NCBI GenBank assembly: GCA_964574595.1
Contig: CAZNOF010000001.1
Location: forward strand, 9,586 to 73,585
Length of the DNA stretch: 64,000 nucleotides
Source of the DNA: an uncultured Pseudomonadales bacterium
GTDB lineage: Bacteria; Patescibacteriota; Microgenomatia; UBA1400; PJMF01
Direction of reading: 5' to 3'
Below the pieces are notes generated by a model. That model saw only the letters and a list, made by a program, of their open reading frames with translations. It did not search any database and was not told the DNA's origin. Below are positions 10,371 to 19,199 of this stretch, in pieces. Both the position numbers and the translations under genes were made by a program. How positions within the stretch are numbered: position 1 is the first letter of the stretch; every line of letters begins with the position of its first letter.

Positions 10371-11379
10371 GACTTTCTGGATTTGGTGATTCAGGTGGCT
10401 GAATCACTATGTTAGTGCACAGAATCGAATAGAACTGTTCTTTTAATTCTTCCGTAACAATCATCTCTATAATTCCCTCGTTTGGTTGACCGTAGTAGAT
10501 AACTGCACCCAGTGGAGCGACCAGCGCTAAAATAACGGCTCCTAAGTCCTCCTCACCATGAACTCTGACATGGAACGGTGCTGTAAAAATTGTTTCTCGG
10601 CTTTTAAATAAACTCTCTTGTGTTTCCATTAAATGCTGAACAAATTCTCGACTAATTTGGCCCGCTGGATTTGCGACGCCTTTGTCTTCCTTCACTTGGG
10701 CCAAATTTGGTGACTGAAACATTTGTCGTTGATTGAATCCGTCGTAGACACCGATTTGATACGGCCAATTATTTTGAATGAAAGTCTCTAAGACCATATC
10801 GCCAACAACGTACGTGTAAAGGTAGTGATTGGTGGGTTGAAGCACAACTTGGCCGCGCTTTTCCCTAAAGAATGCTTTCTGCTGATCATTTAACATGACG
10901 CCTTGTTCCAAACACAGTGAATACACTTGACCTTGGCGGTTCACCAGACCCTGGCGAATTCTAGTTGATGAAAGATACTCATTTTTTTGATCACGGAGGA
11001 GTTCACAGACTTCGATTGGCAAGGCGAGCAACTGCAGGTTTACCCGACATTGATTAATAAAGTCGCCGCCAGCCTTGGTCAACTCGGTCACAATAATGGC
11101 TTCTACTGGTGAGCCTTGGAGGGTAGGGCCGCAAGGATCTGCTAAGGGAAAAACTTTTGAGGGAATTTGTTCTTGAGCTAAAAATTGAGTGACATTGGCA
11201 GAGCGCGTTTCAAAAGGTTCGATCATTTGAAAAAACTTTTTGGTTCGTGTCAACTCATTTGTGGTCACTCCGACCCAAATTTCGTCAGCAAGACTGGCCG
11301 CAAACTTCAGAAAAGCCTGATGTCCAGCATGCATGTGGTCAAACGTGCCACCCATTCCAACGATTTTATATTTTTTCAT
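10336..11379 (-). CDS. cytidylyltransferase-like protein (archaeal-type PPAT-like N-domain) fused to a ~190-aa C-terminal domain, possibly DUF359/GTP-dependent dephospho-CoA kinase-like
   Basis: N-terminal GGTFDHMHAGH (HxGH) and ISSTRIR nucleotidyltransferase motifs. C-terminal half has GDMV...VYDG..R and HGEEDL motifs that I recall from DUF359 (unverified). Start overlaps the upstream gene's stop (TAATG). Confidence 0.5.
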   Translation of the reverse strand: MKKYKIVGMGGTFDHMHAGHQAFLKFAASLADEIWVGVTTNELTRTKKFFQMIEPFETRSANVTQFLAQEQIPSKVFPLADPCGPTLQGSPVEAIIVTELTKAGGDFINQCRVNLQLLALPIEVCELLRDQKNEYLSSTRIRQGLVNRQGQVYSLCLEQGVMLNDQQKAFFREKRGQVVLQPTNHYLYTYVVGDMVLETFIQNNWPYQIGVYDGFNQRQMFQSPNLAQVKEDKGVANPAGQISREFVQHLMETQESLFKSRETIFTAPFHVRVHGEEDLGAVILALVAPLGAVIYYGQPNEGIIEMIVTEELKEQFYSILCTNIVIQPPESPNPESLKPLPGGVGLG

Positions 11380-13316
11380 TAGCCTGCTCCTCCGCCACCG
11401 CCGCCACCACCACCTCCTCCGCCTCCAGATGATCCACCTGAAGACCCAACCCCAGCGGCGCCGTAGCTAGAGGTTACAGCAGTTGAAAGAGAATTTAAAG
11501 CGGTACCTACAGATTCAAAGCTACTGCCAAATGACTGTGCCCCGTTTCCAGAACTGGAGAAGCCGCCCCAATACCCAACGAGCATTGCTTGATCGGCGGC
11601 AGAAAATTGCACGGGTAGCTGAGACAGTGCCTTCATCGAAATGCCCAGCACAGTGCCATACACTAAATATTTTTCCCAGAGAATAATCGAGTCGATCGGG
11701 TAATTTTTTGTTGATTGATAATCGTCCATGTGCTTTTTAAATGCGTTCCACTCAGCAGCTTGTTGATTGCCACTGTCAGTTCGTTTTTCACCGTTCAGAT
11801 AGATGAGGATTGCTAATATAAAAGCAACCACACCTAATCCCACTCCCAAAAATCCAGCTAGTACTAATACTCCATTGCCATATTCTCCACCCAATCCTAC
11901 AAAGACGAAATTGACCCAGCCGATCAGCATTCCGACTACGCCTAAAAGCAACCGAGCTTTCGTTTCGTGAGCTGTTTTGTCTAAGAGGTGAGTCTCTAGG
12001 TTTGTTTGCAGAGTAAGCTCACTGAGATCTTTGAAGAATTGATTGGAAGAGACAGTATTACTTTTGCAGTAGCTGACAATGTCTTTTAAGGCCACTACCG
12101 TCTTCTCTTTTCCTTCGAGAGAGTGTTGAGTTGCGCCAACATTGTCAAACAAGAAACTGAGCACTTCACTTTCAAAGGCATTTGGTTTGTACTTGGGCTT
12201 GGGTTGGGCTTCTAAGTAATAGGCATATTCTTTAAAGATAAGTCCTTCTGGTTGATCAGAACGCAAGATTTTCAGTACACGATGTTGAACGAGCGAAAGC
12301 ACCAGGGCGGTGAATGATTTGGGGGTTAACTCACTACTAAGGGAGAGTAGTTGCTCGACCTGTGGAGGAGGTAGTTCACTAGGTGGATCCCACAATGTTC
12401 CAGAGAAATTTACGGCTGGTGGAGTGGGTTCTTTGTGAATAGCAAAGAAGCGCCGCACTTCTTTGATGATAAGCCAGAACAATCCAATTGAGGCAATGAC
12501 CGACACAGTAGTCAGGAACCAGCTAGTGAGTCTTCTTTGTGCTTTGAGAGCCTTGGTGTCATTAATAAAGCCTTGTTCTTGCTGATTAATTTGGGTTTCA
12601 GTTAAACTACCGGCACTTCCTTCAGGGAAAAGTGATTTGGGCAACAAGATTCTACCCTCAAAGTAGGTCTTTGAAGGGAGATTTGGGACGGAAAAAGTGA
12701 CCAGAGTGGCAGTTGGAATCGAGACGGTGCCATCAAGTGGGCCATGCAGCCAGGCTTTTATTTGATCATTAGGAATGCCTGCTGGCAAATTGACAGAAAC
12801 AGAGACCCTCCCCTGACTGTGATCCCAATCATTTCCTATGAATTGCCAATAGAGTTCTGAGTTGTCTGGATCAACCGTAACTGCATTTTGAACTGTGTAA
12901 CTCGTGGTAAAGGTTTTCACTTCCGAGTGAGCGCTGTAAAACCATTTGAGATAATACTGACTGCCTTGATCTTCCACATAGAAAGCGTTTGTCTCTTCTT
13001 GTCCGGGTCTCACTTGGGTATAGCAGACGGTTTCATCACAAACTTTGAAGTTTTTGACAATGTACGGCTCTGTCCGGCCGGGGTTTTTGGTGGTGTCAGG
13101 GTCCTTGAGAATCGTTTGGTAGGCAAAGGTGAAGCTGCCGGAGAAATCGTACGTTCGCTTCTCCTCCACTGTCATGCTGCCATCAGTGTGCAAGGTGGCG
13201 TTGGTGGTTACAGATGTGATTTCATAAGACTTGGAGGCGGCGGACACAGAGTTGGGAAAAATCAGTCCCAGGCTAAGAGTCAATAAAAAAGCGCTCAAAA
13301 TCAGAACTTTCTTCAT
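11379..13316 (-). CDS. DUF2207-like membrane protein with C-terminal poly-Gly tail
   Basis: Signal peptide, large extracytoplasmic N-domain, several TM helices, Ser/Gly tail ending GGGGGGGGGGGGGAG. Architecture typical of DUF2207. Confidence 0.65.
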   Translation of the reverse strand: MKKVLILSAFLLTLSLGLIFPNSVSAASKSYEITSVTTNATLHTDGSMTVEEKRTYDFSGSFTFAYQTILKDPDTTKNPGRTEPYIVKNFKVCDETVCYTQVRPGQEETNAFYVEDQGSQYYLKWFYSAHSEVKTFTTSYTVQNAVTVDPDNSELYWQFIGNDWDHSQGRVSVSVNLPAGIPNDQIKAWLHGPLDGTVSIPTATLVTFSVPNLPSKTYFEGRILLPKSLFPEGSAGSLTETQINQQEQGFINDTKALKAQRRLTSWFLTTVSVIASIGLFWLIIKEVRRFFAIHKEPTPPAVNFSGTLWDPPSELPPPQVEQLLSLSSELTPKSFTALVLSLVQHRVLKILRSDQPEGLIFKEYAYYLEAQPKPKYKPNAFESEVLSFLFDNVGATQHSLEGKEKTVVALKDIVSYCKSNTVSSNQFFKDLSELTLQTNLETHLLDKTAHETKARLLLGVVGMLIGWVNFVFVGLGGEYGNGVLVLAGFLGVGLGVVAFILAILIYLNGEKRTDSGNQQAAEWNAFKKHMDDYQSTKNYPIDSIILWEKYLVYGTVLGISMKALSQLPVQFSAADQAMLVGYWGGFSSSGNGAQSFGSSFESVGTALNSLSTAVTSSYGAAGVGSSGGSSGGGGGGGGGGGGGAG

Positions 13317-13379
13317 TAATCATATCTTTGCAGACCAGAGGTGAATTGTCAAAGTGGAAGTGATATAATTTCAAACATT

Positions 13380-13461
13380 GCCGAAGTGGTGAAATGGTAG
13401 ACACGTCAGACTTAAAATCTGATGCCTTAACAGCGTGAGGGTTCGAGTCCCTCCTTCGGCA
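13380..13461 (+). tRNA. tRNA-Leu (anticodon TAA), long variable arm
   Basis: Acceptor GCCGAAG/CTTCGGC+A, anticodon loop CTTAAAA, long variable arm, T-loop TTCGAGT. Extended -10 TGATATAAT about 20 nt upstream. Confidence 0.8.
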
Positions 13462-13477
13462 CAAGAATATATAGAAA

Positions 13478-13508
13478 CGGACAGGAGTTAATACCCCTGT
13501 CCGTTTTT
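13478..13508. terminator. bidirectional intrinsic terminator
   Basis: CGGACAGG...CCTGTCCG stem followed by TTTTT, preceded by an A-run. Confidence 0.5.
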
Positions 13509-13515
13509 GGAACTG

Positions 13516-13899
13516 CTACTGTTTTTTGTACTCATCGAGGTCCGCCATCCGGAAGAAAAAATCCGGGTTATCGGCAGTTGAATCGATAAGACTTTGGTCC
13601 AGCTTTTCCCCATCAAAATCCATACTGGCACCCTTCTTGAGGACGACAGTGATCACACCTCTCGGGAAAACAGAAAGCGAATCAACCGAGTCATTCGAGA
13701 GCAGTGCGAGTACTGCTGTGCGAATCATCGTGAAGTTGTCTCCGTATCCTGCGAGCATGTAGTCGTAGATCAGGATGTCCCCACGAAAGTGGGTGTTGTT
13801 GTAAGTAGCGGCCGCTTCACCATCGCACAAAATGTCATAAACTCTTGTCCGACCGTTTGCGAATCGCTTTACTACAAATTCTCTTCTCTCAGAAGCCAT
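13516..13899 (-). CDS. hypothetical protein
   Basis: 127-aa ORF between two tRNA genes. No family recognised. Confidence 0.4.
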   Translation of the reverse strand: MASERREFVVKRFANGRTRVYDILCDGEAAATYNNTHFRGDILIYDYMLAGYGDNFTMIRTAVLALLSNDSVDSLSVFPRGVITVVLKKGASMDFDGEKLDQSLIDSTADNPDFFFRMADLDEYKKQ

Positions 13900-14075
13900 T
13901 GTAATTACTCCATGATAAGGATTAAACAGTTCTATCAGTTTGAGACGTGTTAAGGTGCAAAAAAGATTGTCTCAAACGTACTTATTATATCATTTTGCCA
14001 GATTTACGTCAGGATTTTCATTTTCTCAACGAAGAAAATCAAAAGTACGCTATAATATGAAGTCTTGTGTGAAGT

Positions 14076-14149
14076 CGGGGAATAGCTCAGATGGCTAGAG
14101 CGCGCGGTTTGGGACCGCGAGGCCGCAGGTTCGAGTCCTGTTTCCCCGA
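14076..14149 (+). tRNA. tRNA-Pro (anticodon TGG)
   Basis: Acceptor CGGGGAA/TTCCCCG+A, D-arm GCTCAGATGGCTAGAGC, anticodon loop TTTGGGA, T-loop TTCGAGT. TATAATATGA -10 box at 14051. Confidence 0.85.
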
Positions 14150-14312
14150 CAATTTGAACTAATTGGCTAATACGAATTATCATTCTTAGTTCATTGAACT
14201 AGGAGTTTCTGAGTTTAGAGAGGTTTCAGTTCAGTTGAGTAGGACTCTTTTAACTCAAATCTCAAATAGTTCAGATTAATTGAGTTACCATTGAACTAAT
14301 GACTCAACGTCA

Positions 14313-15059
14313 TTAATTATGTAGTTTAGGTTCAATTTCCTTTATTGACCTGACAAAACTTGAAAGTCTAGAAAGCCTTTTCTGGGATAATTCTAGATCC
14401 GAAAAACTGGTTATTGTACTCACAATGTTTTTGATACTGCCATGGGTTTTATCATACTTTAATCCTACATTTCCAAATAATCTTGCCAAAGATTCATATG
14501 GGTGAAAAATTGAACTTAGATCGTCTACTGTTATATCCATCTTCAGCTCATCCGAAATATATTTCTCATTGAGCTTATCGCTGAGTATTGGAAATAGGTG
14601 ATAAAAAGCTAAAAACCACGCTTCAATCTCCATCATGGCAAAATGAAAATCAATCTTTTCTTGTTTTATTTTTGCAATTTCAGAGAGAATACTATTTTCT
14701 ATTAGAGACGTAACTGTTGGGTTGACTACGCCAGGTGGAAAGCGTCTTTTTTTTAATTCATTTTTATATGTTTCGCAATAAATGTCCCTAAGGCAGATGA
14801 CCTTTTCATATCGTTCAAAGAAAGATGAGGAGCTATTCTTAAGCATGCTTACTAGCTTGTTATCACCATCTGCTATGAATATTCGAAAAGTTATGAGTGG
14901 TTCGGCTCCTTCATATTTGTGAACATAAAAATCTGATTTGAAATTTTGAAATTTGAGAGGGTCGATAATTATATTAATATTTTTATATAAGATGAGAATG
15001 ATATGGTGAATAAAAATAGCTTCAGCATAGCCTTCTACACAAATAGCAATGGTGCGCAT
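14313..15059 (-). CDS. Toprim-like protein (DUF4276/OLD-family-like), second gene of a candidate ATPase-nuclease defense pair
   Basis: N-terminal ICVEGYAE (VEGxxE Toprim Glu motif), FIADGDN (DxD motif), later MEIEAWFLA. 16-nt gap to the upstream ATPase gene. ~30% GC. Confidence 0.5.
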   Translation of the reverse strand: MRTIAICVEGYAEAIFIHHIILILYKNINIIIDPLKFQNFKSDFYVHKYEGAEPLITFRIFIADGDNKLVSMLKNSSSSFFERYEKVICLRDIYCETYKNELKKRRFPPGVVNPTVTSLIENSILSEIAKIKQEKIDFHFAMMEIEAWFLAFYHLFPILSDKLNEKYISDELKMDITVDDLSSIFHPYESLARLFGNVGLKYDKTHGSIKNIVSTITSFSDLELSQKRLSRLSSFVRSIKEIEPKLHN

Positions 15060-15075
15060 AGAGATTTAATCCAGT

Positions 15076-16182
15076 TTATTTTAGGAAATCGGAACTAAAG
15101 AGATCAAAGTTATTTAATCCCGTGAGCTCGAACTCTTCGAAAATTTTTGGTTTATTTTCATTACTAAAACTCGAGACCGTATCACCATGTCTCGCCAAGA
15201 TTACAATCTCATCTAATGAAACGGCATTTGCTAGGAATTGATCATTTGTAGTAGCTACAATCTGTATGTCTGCAGTTTCTGTTTTTACTTTTAAGAGCTT
15301 GGCTAATCTGTTTGCTCTTTCGAAATCTAAATCGGAGCCCAGATCGTCTATGAAAATAGATATTGTTCCTTTTTCAATTCTTGCCTTCAATAAATATTGA
15401 ATAGCCATTAGCAGTGATAAGACACCATACATACCTGAAGACATCTCCGGCTGAGGTATAGGATATTTAACGTCTTTTTCCTTGATGAATAATACCTTCG
15501 GTGAAAAGGCGGCATGTACTATACTTTGCAATAGGTTCTTACTTATTTTTTCAATATTAAAACCCACAAAGTTTAAATCATCTATTATTTTATTTATATC
15601 TTCGCTTTCTAATTTATCCCAGTATTCAGAAATGAGTTGTAACGAAGGCAAATCTGGTAATTTTGCTGTATTCATAAATAAGGAAATGCTACTGGGATTA
15701 AGGCCTGAAGAAAAACTATAGGACACTGAGTTTTCAGCCCATTCATACAAATTCTCAAAAAAAGGATATTCCTTTTCATCTCTTCTAATATGGAGAACTA
15801 ATTTATCTTTTGGGGGGTTGATAATAATGAAATCTTTAATAATTTCTGAAAAAAGCTTTGCTTCAGATACATTTCTAACTAATTTTGTTTTCCCATTAAC
15901 AACTATTTTCTCTTCCTCGATAATTCCATCTTTAATGGAACAACAATATTTATATATGTCATCTCCATTGGAAAAATCTGCGTCCCATTCTCCATTTGAG
16001 AATTTAGTTTGATTTGTTATTAACTGAGTTAATCCTGTGATTAGGCGATGGAATTTGCTTTTCCCAGTAGAATTTTTACCCATGATCAAAGAAAGATTTT
16101 TAAGGAAAGTATCTTCTAATTTCCACGCATTCTGTTTTGGCGTGTTAATATTTTCTTGGTACCTGATTCGCTTTAATTTCAT
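15076..16182 (-). CDS. ABC-type (AAA_21/AAA_15-like) ATPase, first gene of the candidate defense pair
   Basis: Walker A GKNSTGKS, signature-like PQPEMSSGM, Walker B ISIFIDDLGSDLD, H-loop IVATTND. Very AT-rich. Confidence 0.7.
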   Translation of the reverse strand: MKLKRIRYQENINTPKQNAWKLEDTFLKNLSLIMGKNSTGKSKFHRLITGLTQLITNQTKFSNGEWDADFSNGDDIYKYCCSIKDGIIEEEKIVVNGKTKLVRNVSEAKLFSEIIKDFIIINPPKDKLVLHIRRDEKEYPFFENLYEWAENSVSYSFSSGLNPSSISLFMNTAKLPDLPSLQLISEYWDKLESEDINKIIDDLNFVGFNIEKISKNLLQSIVHAAFSPKVLFIKEKDVKYPIPQPEMSSGMYGVLSLLMAIQYLLKARIEKGTISIFIDDLGSDLDFERANRLAKLLKVKTETADIQIVATTNDQFLANAVSLDEIVILARHGDTVSSFSNENKPKIFEEFELTGLNNFDLFSSDFLK

Positions 16183-16350
16183 ACTACATATTCTATTCTA
16201 TTTCTTTCAAAAAACATTATGTGTTCTTAAGCATACTTTCTATATAAATTTCTCTTATTACTTCCTAGATTTTGCTTGTGAATTTCTCAGGAGAGCTGAT
16301 CTAGTCTGGTGAACTACTAATTCGAAAACCGTTTCTTCTAGACAAAAGTG

Positions 16351-16376
16351 AAAAAGCCAGCGAAAGCTGGTTTTTC
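16351..16376. terminator. bidirectional intrinsic terminator
   Basis: AAAAA-GCCAGC-GAAA-GCTGG-TTTTT. Confidence 0.5.
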
Positions 16377-16380
16377 TCTA

Positions 16381-17055
16381 CTACAAATAACACTCCACAT
16401 CGAAAAATCTGATGGATCCATAGTCAGTAACTCGTGAGAGAGTGATGCCATCTAAAGAAACTTGTTTGATACTTAAAGAATTGTGTAAGTTGTGTAGGAG
16501 CTGAGTAGCTCTTTCTTCCAAACCTCTGGCTAATTGATTGAGTTCTGCCCCGCGCGAAAAGCCTCGCTCTTTCATCAAAACTTGTTCAATCGACTCTCGC
16601 AATGGCGCAAGTTCATAGCTGCGGATGAATTCTTGTCCGGTGAGTGCTCGCATTTCAATATCCGCCACGACGGCATCTACATAGAGTTTGACATCAATTG
16701 TCCGACCTTTTCCCTCAGCTCTGAAACCGTACTTGGTATAGAAATTATGGTCTGGCAAACCGAGATTAATGACTTTACCGGAGCTTGGGAATTCGACGTA
16801 TGAACCGCCATGAACTATGACTCCTGCAGATTTAAGAACATCACTCGACAGGAGCTTTTTCTTCATGTATTCAGAGAGATCATGAGCAGTATCGACAGAC
16901 TCTTCAGCTGCCTCATTTGCGGCATGTTCAATTTGTTCTGGAACTCCTTCCTCTCCTTCTGTTCCCTTTTTAATTCCATTTTTTAAGAAATTAAGCCACT
17001 TCTTGAGCTCATTTTCATCTTTTTTTGGTTCTTCTGAGTGTTCACTTTCGTGCAT
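16381..17055 (-). CDS. hypothetical protein (acidic N-terminus)
   Basis: 224-aa ORF. No recognisable family. Confidence 0.45.
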   Translation of the reverse strand: MHESEHSEEPKKDENELKKWLNFLKNGIKKGTEGEEGVPEQIEHAANEAAEESVDTAHDLSEYMKKKLLSSDVLKSAGVIVHGGSYVEFPSSGKVINLGLPDHNFYTKYGFRAEGKGRTIDVKLYVDAVVADIEMRALTGQEFIRSYELAPLRESIEQVLMKERGFSRGAELNQLARGLEERATQLLHNLHNSLSIKQVSLDGITLSRVTDYGSIRFFDVECYL

Positions 17056-17090
17056 GTTTTTCAGTATAGCGAGTATAATTCGTCATATCT

Positions 17091-17630
17091 ATGTCATCAT
17101 TTAACTACATCACAGAAATCCAGAAAATAATTGATAGTAAGGAACTTGTTGAAGTTCGTGTCTACAGCAATCCCGGAATGTTTAACGTGGCCTACGTACT
17201 GGGAGCGAACCAGGAATTCTTAGTGCTGGCTGAAATCGATCCTAAGGCACACCTCGACGGAGTCTGTGTGTATCAAATGGACAATGTCATTTCAATAAAA
17301 CAAAACACGCCCTATCTCGCCAAGTTTTCGCAAAAAATTTCTGGTACTGCCCAGTATGACCAGGCTTACAAGGACTTTGAGGCATTAAGTGATCTAACTT
17401 TTGAAGGGTTCATTTCTGCTTTTGAAGGTAAAGATACACTGGTAGAAGTGCTTTGCGATGGTGGTGAGACTGTGGCTGGCAAGATTTTCGCTCATGATGA
17501 GCATATCTTGGTGCTTTCCGAGCTTGATAGCAAAAAAGGCACGACAGACGGAACAACCTACCTTAATAAGGATTCGATCATCAGACTTTCTACAGATGTG
17601 CCTTGGGTGAACAAACTGATCAAGAAATAA
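17091..17630 (+). CDS. hypothetical protein with internal tandem duplication
   Basis: 179-aa ORF. Two ~80-aa halves share VEV.....FLVL.E.D-type segments. Confidence 0.45.
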   Translation: MSSFNYITEIQKIIDSKELVEVRVYSNPGMFNVAYVLGANQEFLVLAEIDPKAHLDGVCVYQMDNVISIKQNTPYLAKFSQKISGTAQYDQAYKDFEALSDLTFEGFISAFEGKDTLVEVLCDGGETVAGKIFAHDEHILVLSELDSKKGTTDGTTYLNKDSIIRLSTDVPWVNKLIKK

Positions 17631-17664
17631 AATAGGCTGAGTCCTGCGACCCAGCCTATGACCA

Positions 17665-17919
17665 TCAGTTGAAGAAAATCGGCCATAGAAACACCGAGAA
17701 AAAGATCCAGCCTAAAAGACTGAACGTTGCCCCGGAAACATAACTAAACCAATCTTCTTTCTTCTCTCTTAAAACGTAGGTGACAATAAGACCACCCAGA
17801 ATCGAAATAATCGGCCAAAGGATGGGCGGTATTTCTATCAGGGCTGTTGTCACACCGAGGCCAGCTCCAAAGGAAATGGCCAACAGCGTTCTGAGTATCA
17901 TTTGTTCACTCCTCAGCAA
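17665..17919 (-). CDS. small membrane protein
   Basis: 84 aa, three hydrophobic helices. Confidence 0.35.
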   Translation of the reverse strand: MLRSEQMILRTLLAISFGAGLGVTTALIEIPPILWPIISILGGLIVTYVLREKKEDWFSYVSGATFSLLGWIFFSVFLWPIFFN

Positions 17920-18038
17920 ACTAATCCAATTGATACATCAATATTATATCACTGTTACAGCTGCTTGGTCATTTATTGGATTTCCATTCACTTGTGAAGA
18001 GTATATATTGGAGATATTAGTTGCGATAAAAGGATCAT

Positions 18039-18851
18039 ATGTTCGATTTTGGGCGTGAAATCTTGAAGAAAGTAACGGGTAAAGAAAACGACAAGGCGCT
18101 TGTCACTCAAGTTGACTCAGGTATTGCTTCCGGAATGAAGGTTGATGTTAAAAGGTACGACGATCAGAAGCATGTTTCTCTTGATGAGAAGAATCCCAAA
18201 TACATCGAAGTGAAAAAAGTGCTTGAAGAAAAACTGAAAATCCATAATGGTGACCCAATTATTTTATCCTTGATTACTGCTCTTTCTTTGTATGATAACG
18301 GTGGAATCGGAATCCAGCATATGAACGAAGATGGCCTGACGTTCCTAACTGCAGAAGAAGTGCAGAATGTGGTGGATCCTGTGCATGACCTCGCGATTGG
18401 GACAGGTGTATTAATTAGGTTAGATGAGAAAAAAGCAATCTCCTCAGTGGCTGAAATTGACACATTCTCTATGGTTGATTTGTCTCAAGCTCTGACTGGA
18501 ATTGAACCAGTTGACTTGCCTGCATTAGCAACAAGAACAGACATTAATTTTAGTTTAACGAATAAAAATACACCCGCTTTGCAATCCGATTCAACTCCCA
18601 TTGTCGAGATCGAAGAAGTGAAAGGAGATGCTGAACACGTAAAAGTGCGAATAGGCATCTATGAATTTACGTTTAAAGCGACTCAAGAAGGGACGTTAAA
18701 GGTACATGACAAATTGGTAATACATGTAAAGGATCCGGATATAAGCTTTTTGCAAGATCCGAAAAACATTGACGGGATTTATAAAGTAGGCTCAACCATC
18801 GTAAAGCGAGATGGAACTGATCCAAAGCCAACTCAGCCGCAACTCCTCTAA
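18039..18851 (+). CDS. hypothetical protein
   Basis: 270-aa ORF. No family recognised. Confidence 0.45.
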   Translation: MFDFGREILKKVTGKENDKALVTQVDSGIASGMKVDVKRYDDQKHVSLDEKNPKYIEVKKVLEEKLKIHNGDPIILSLITALSLYDNGGIGIQHMNEDGLTFLTAEEVQNVVDPVHDLAIGTGVLIRLDEKKAISSVAEIDTFSMVDLSQALTGIEPVDLPALATRTDINFSLTNKNTPALQSDSTPIVEIEEVKGDAEHVKVRIGIYEFTFKATQEGTLKVHDKLVIHVKDPDISFLQDPKNIDGIYKVGSTIVKRDGTDPKPTQPQLL

Positions 18852-18917
18852 ATTGAACCATATCCCCCCTTCTTTCGAACAATTGGTAAGGTTATACTTG
18901 GTCGAGGAGGAAGACAT

Positions 18918-19181
18918 ATGACAAACCCACTAGACAACCGGATTCCCGGTGATATCACTGAGTTAGAAGATTTAGTCAATGGCGTCACTCCAGAAGATGA
19001 CGACTTAGAAAAAGATGGTGAAGCCGGCATTGGCTCTTCCGAAACAGATTTAGAAGCAGATGACGATGTCAGTGAATTTGCTCAACAAGTTGGCATCGGC
19101 TCAGATGACGATGATGAAGCCCGACCGCTGAACATTGCGCGTGATGTTGAAATTGCCGAAAAAATTCACCGAAATAAATAG
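18918..19181 (+). CDS. small highly acidic protein
   Basis: 87 aa rich in Asp/Glu. GGAGGAAG SD upstream. Confidence 0.4.
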   Translation: MTNPLDNRIPGDITELEDLVNGVTPEDDDLEKDGEAGIGSSETDLEADDDVSEFAQQVGIGSDDDDEARPLNIARDVEIAEKIHRNK

Positions 19182-19199
19182 GTATATAATAGTAGCTCA

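Noticed and set aside
11382-11450. GC-rich CCGCCACCGCCGCCACCACC repeat resembling a microsatellite or CRISPR-like array
   Set aside because: It is the coding sequence of the poly-Gly C-terminal tail of the DUF2207 protein (minus strand GGN codons). There is no spacer/repeat periodicity, and no CRISPR array anywhere in the window.
14150-16380. Prophage or integrative element at tRNA-Pro
   Set aside because: There is no integrase, excisionase, structural or replication genes, and no detectable direct repeat of the tRNA 3' end at the far boundary. It was interpreted as a small defense islet or degraded remnant rather than an intact mobile element.
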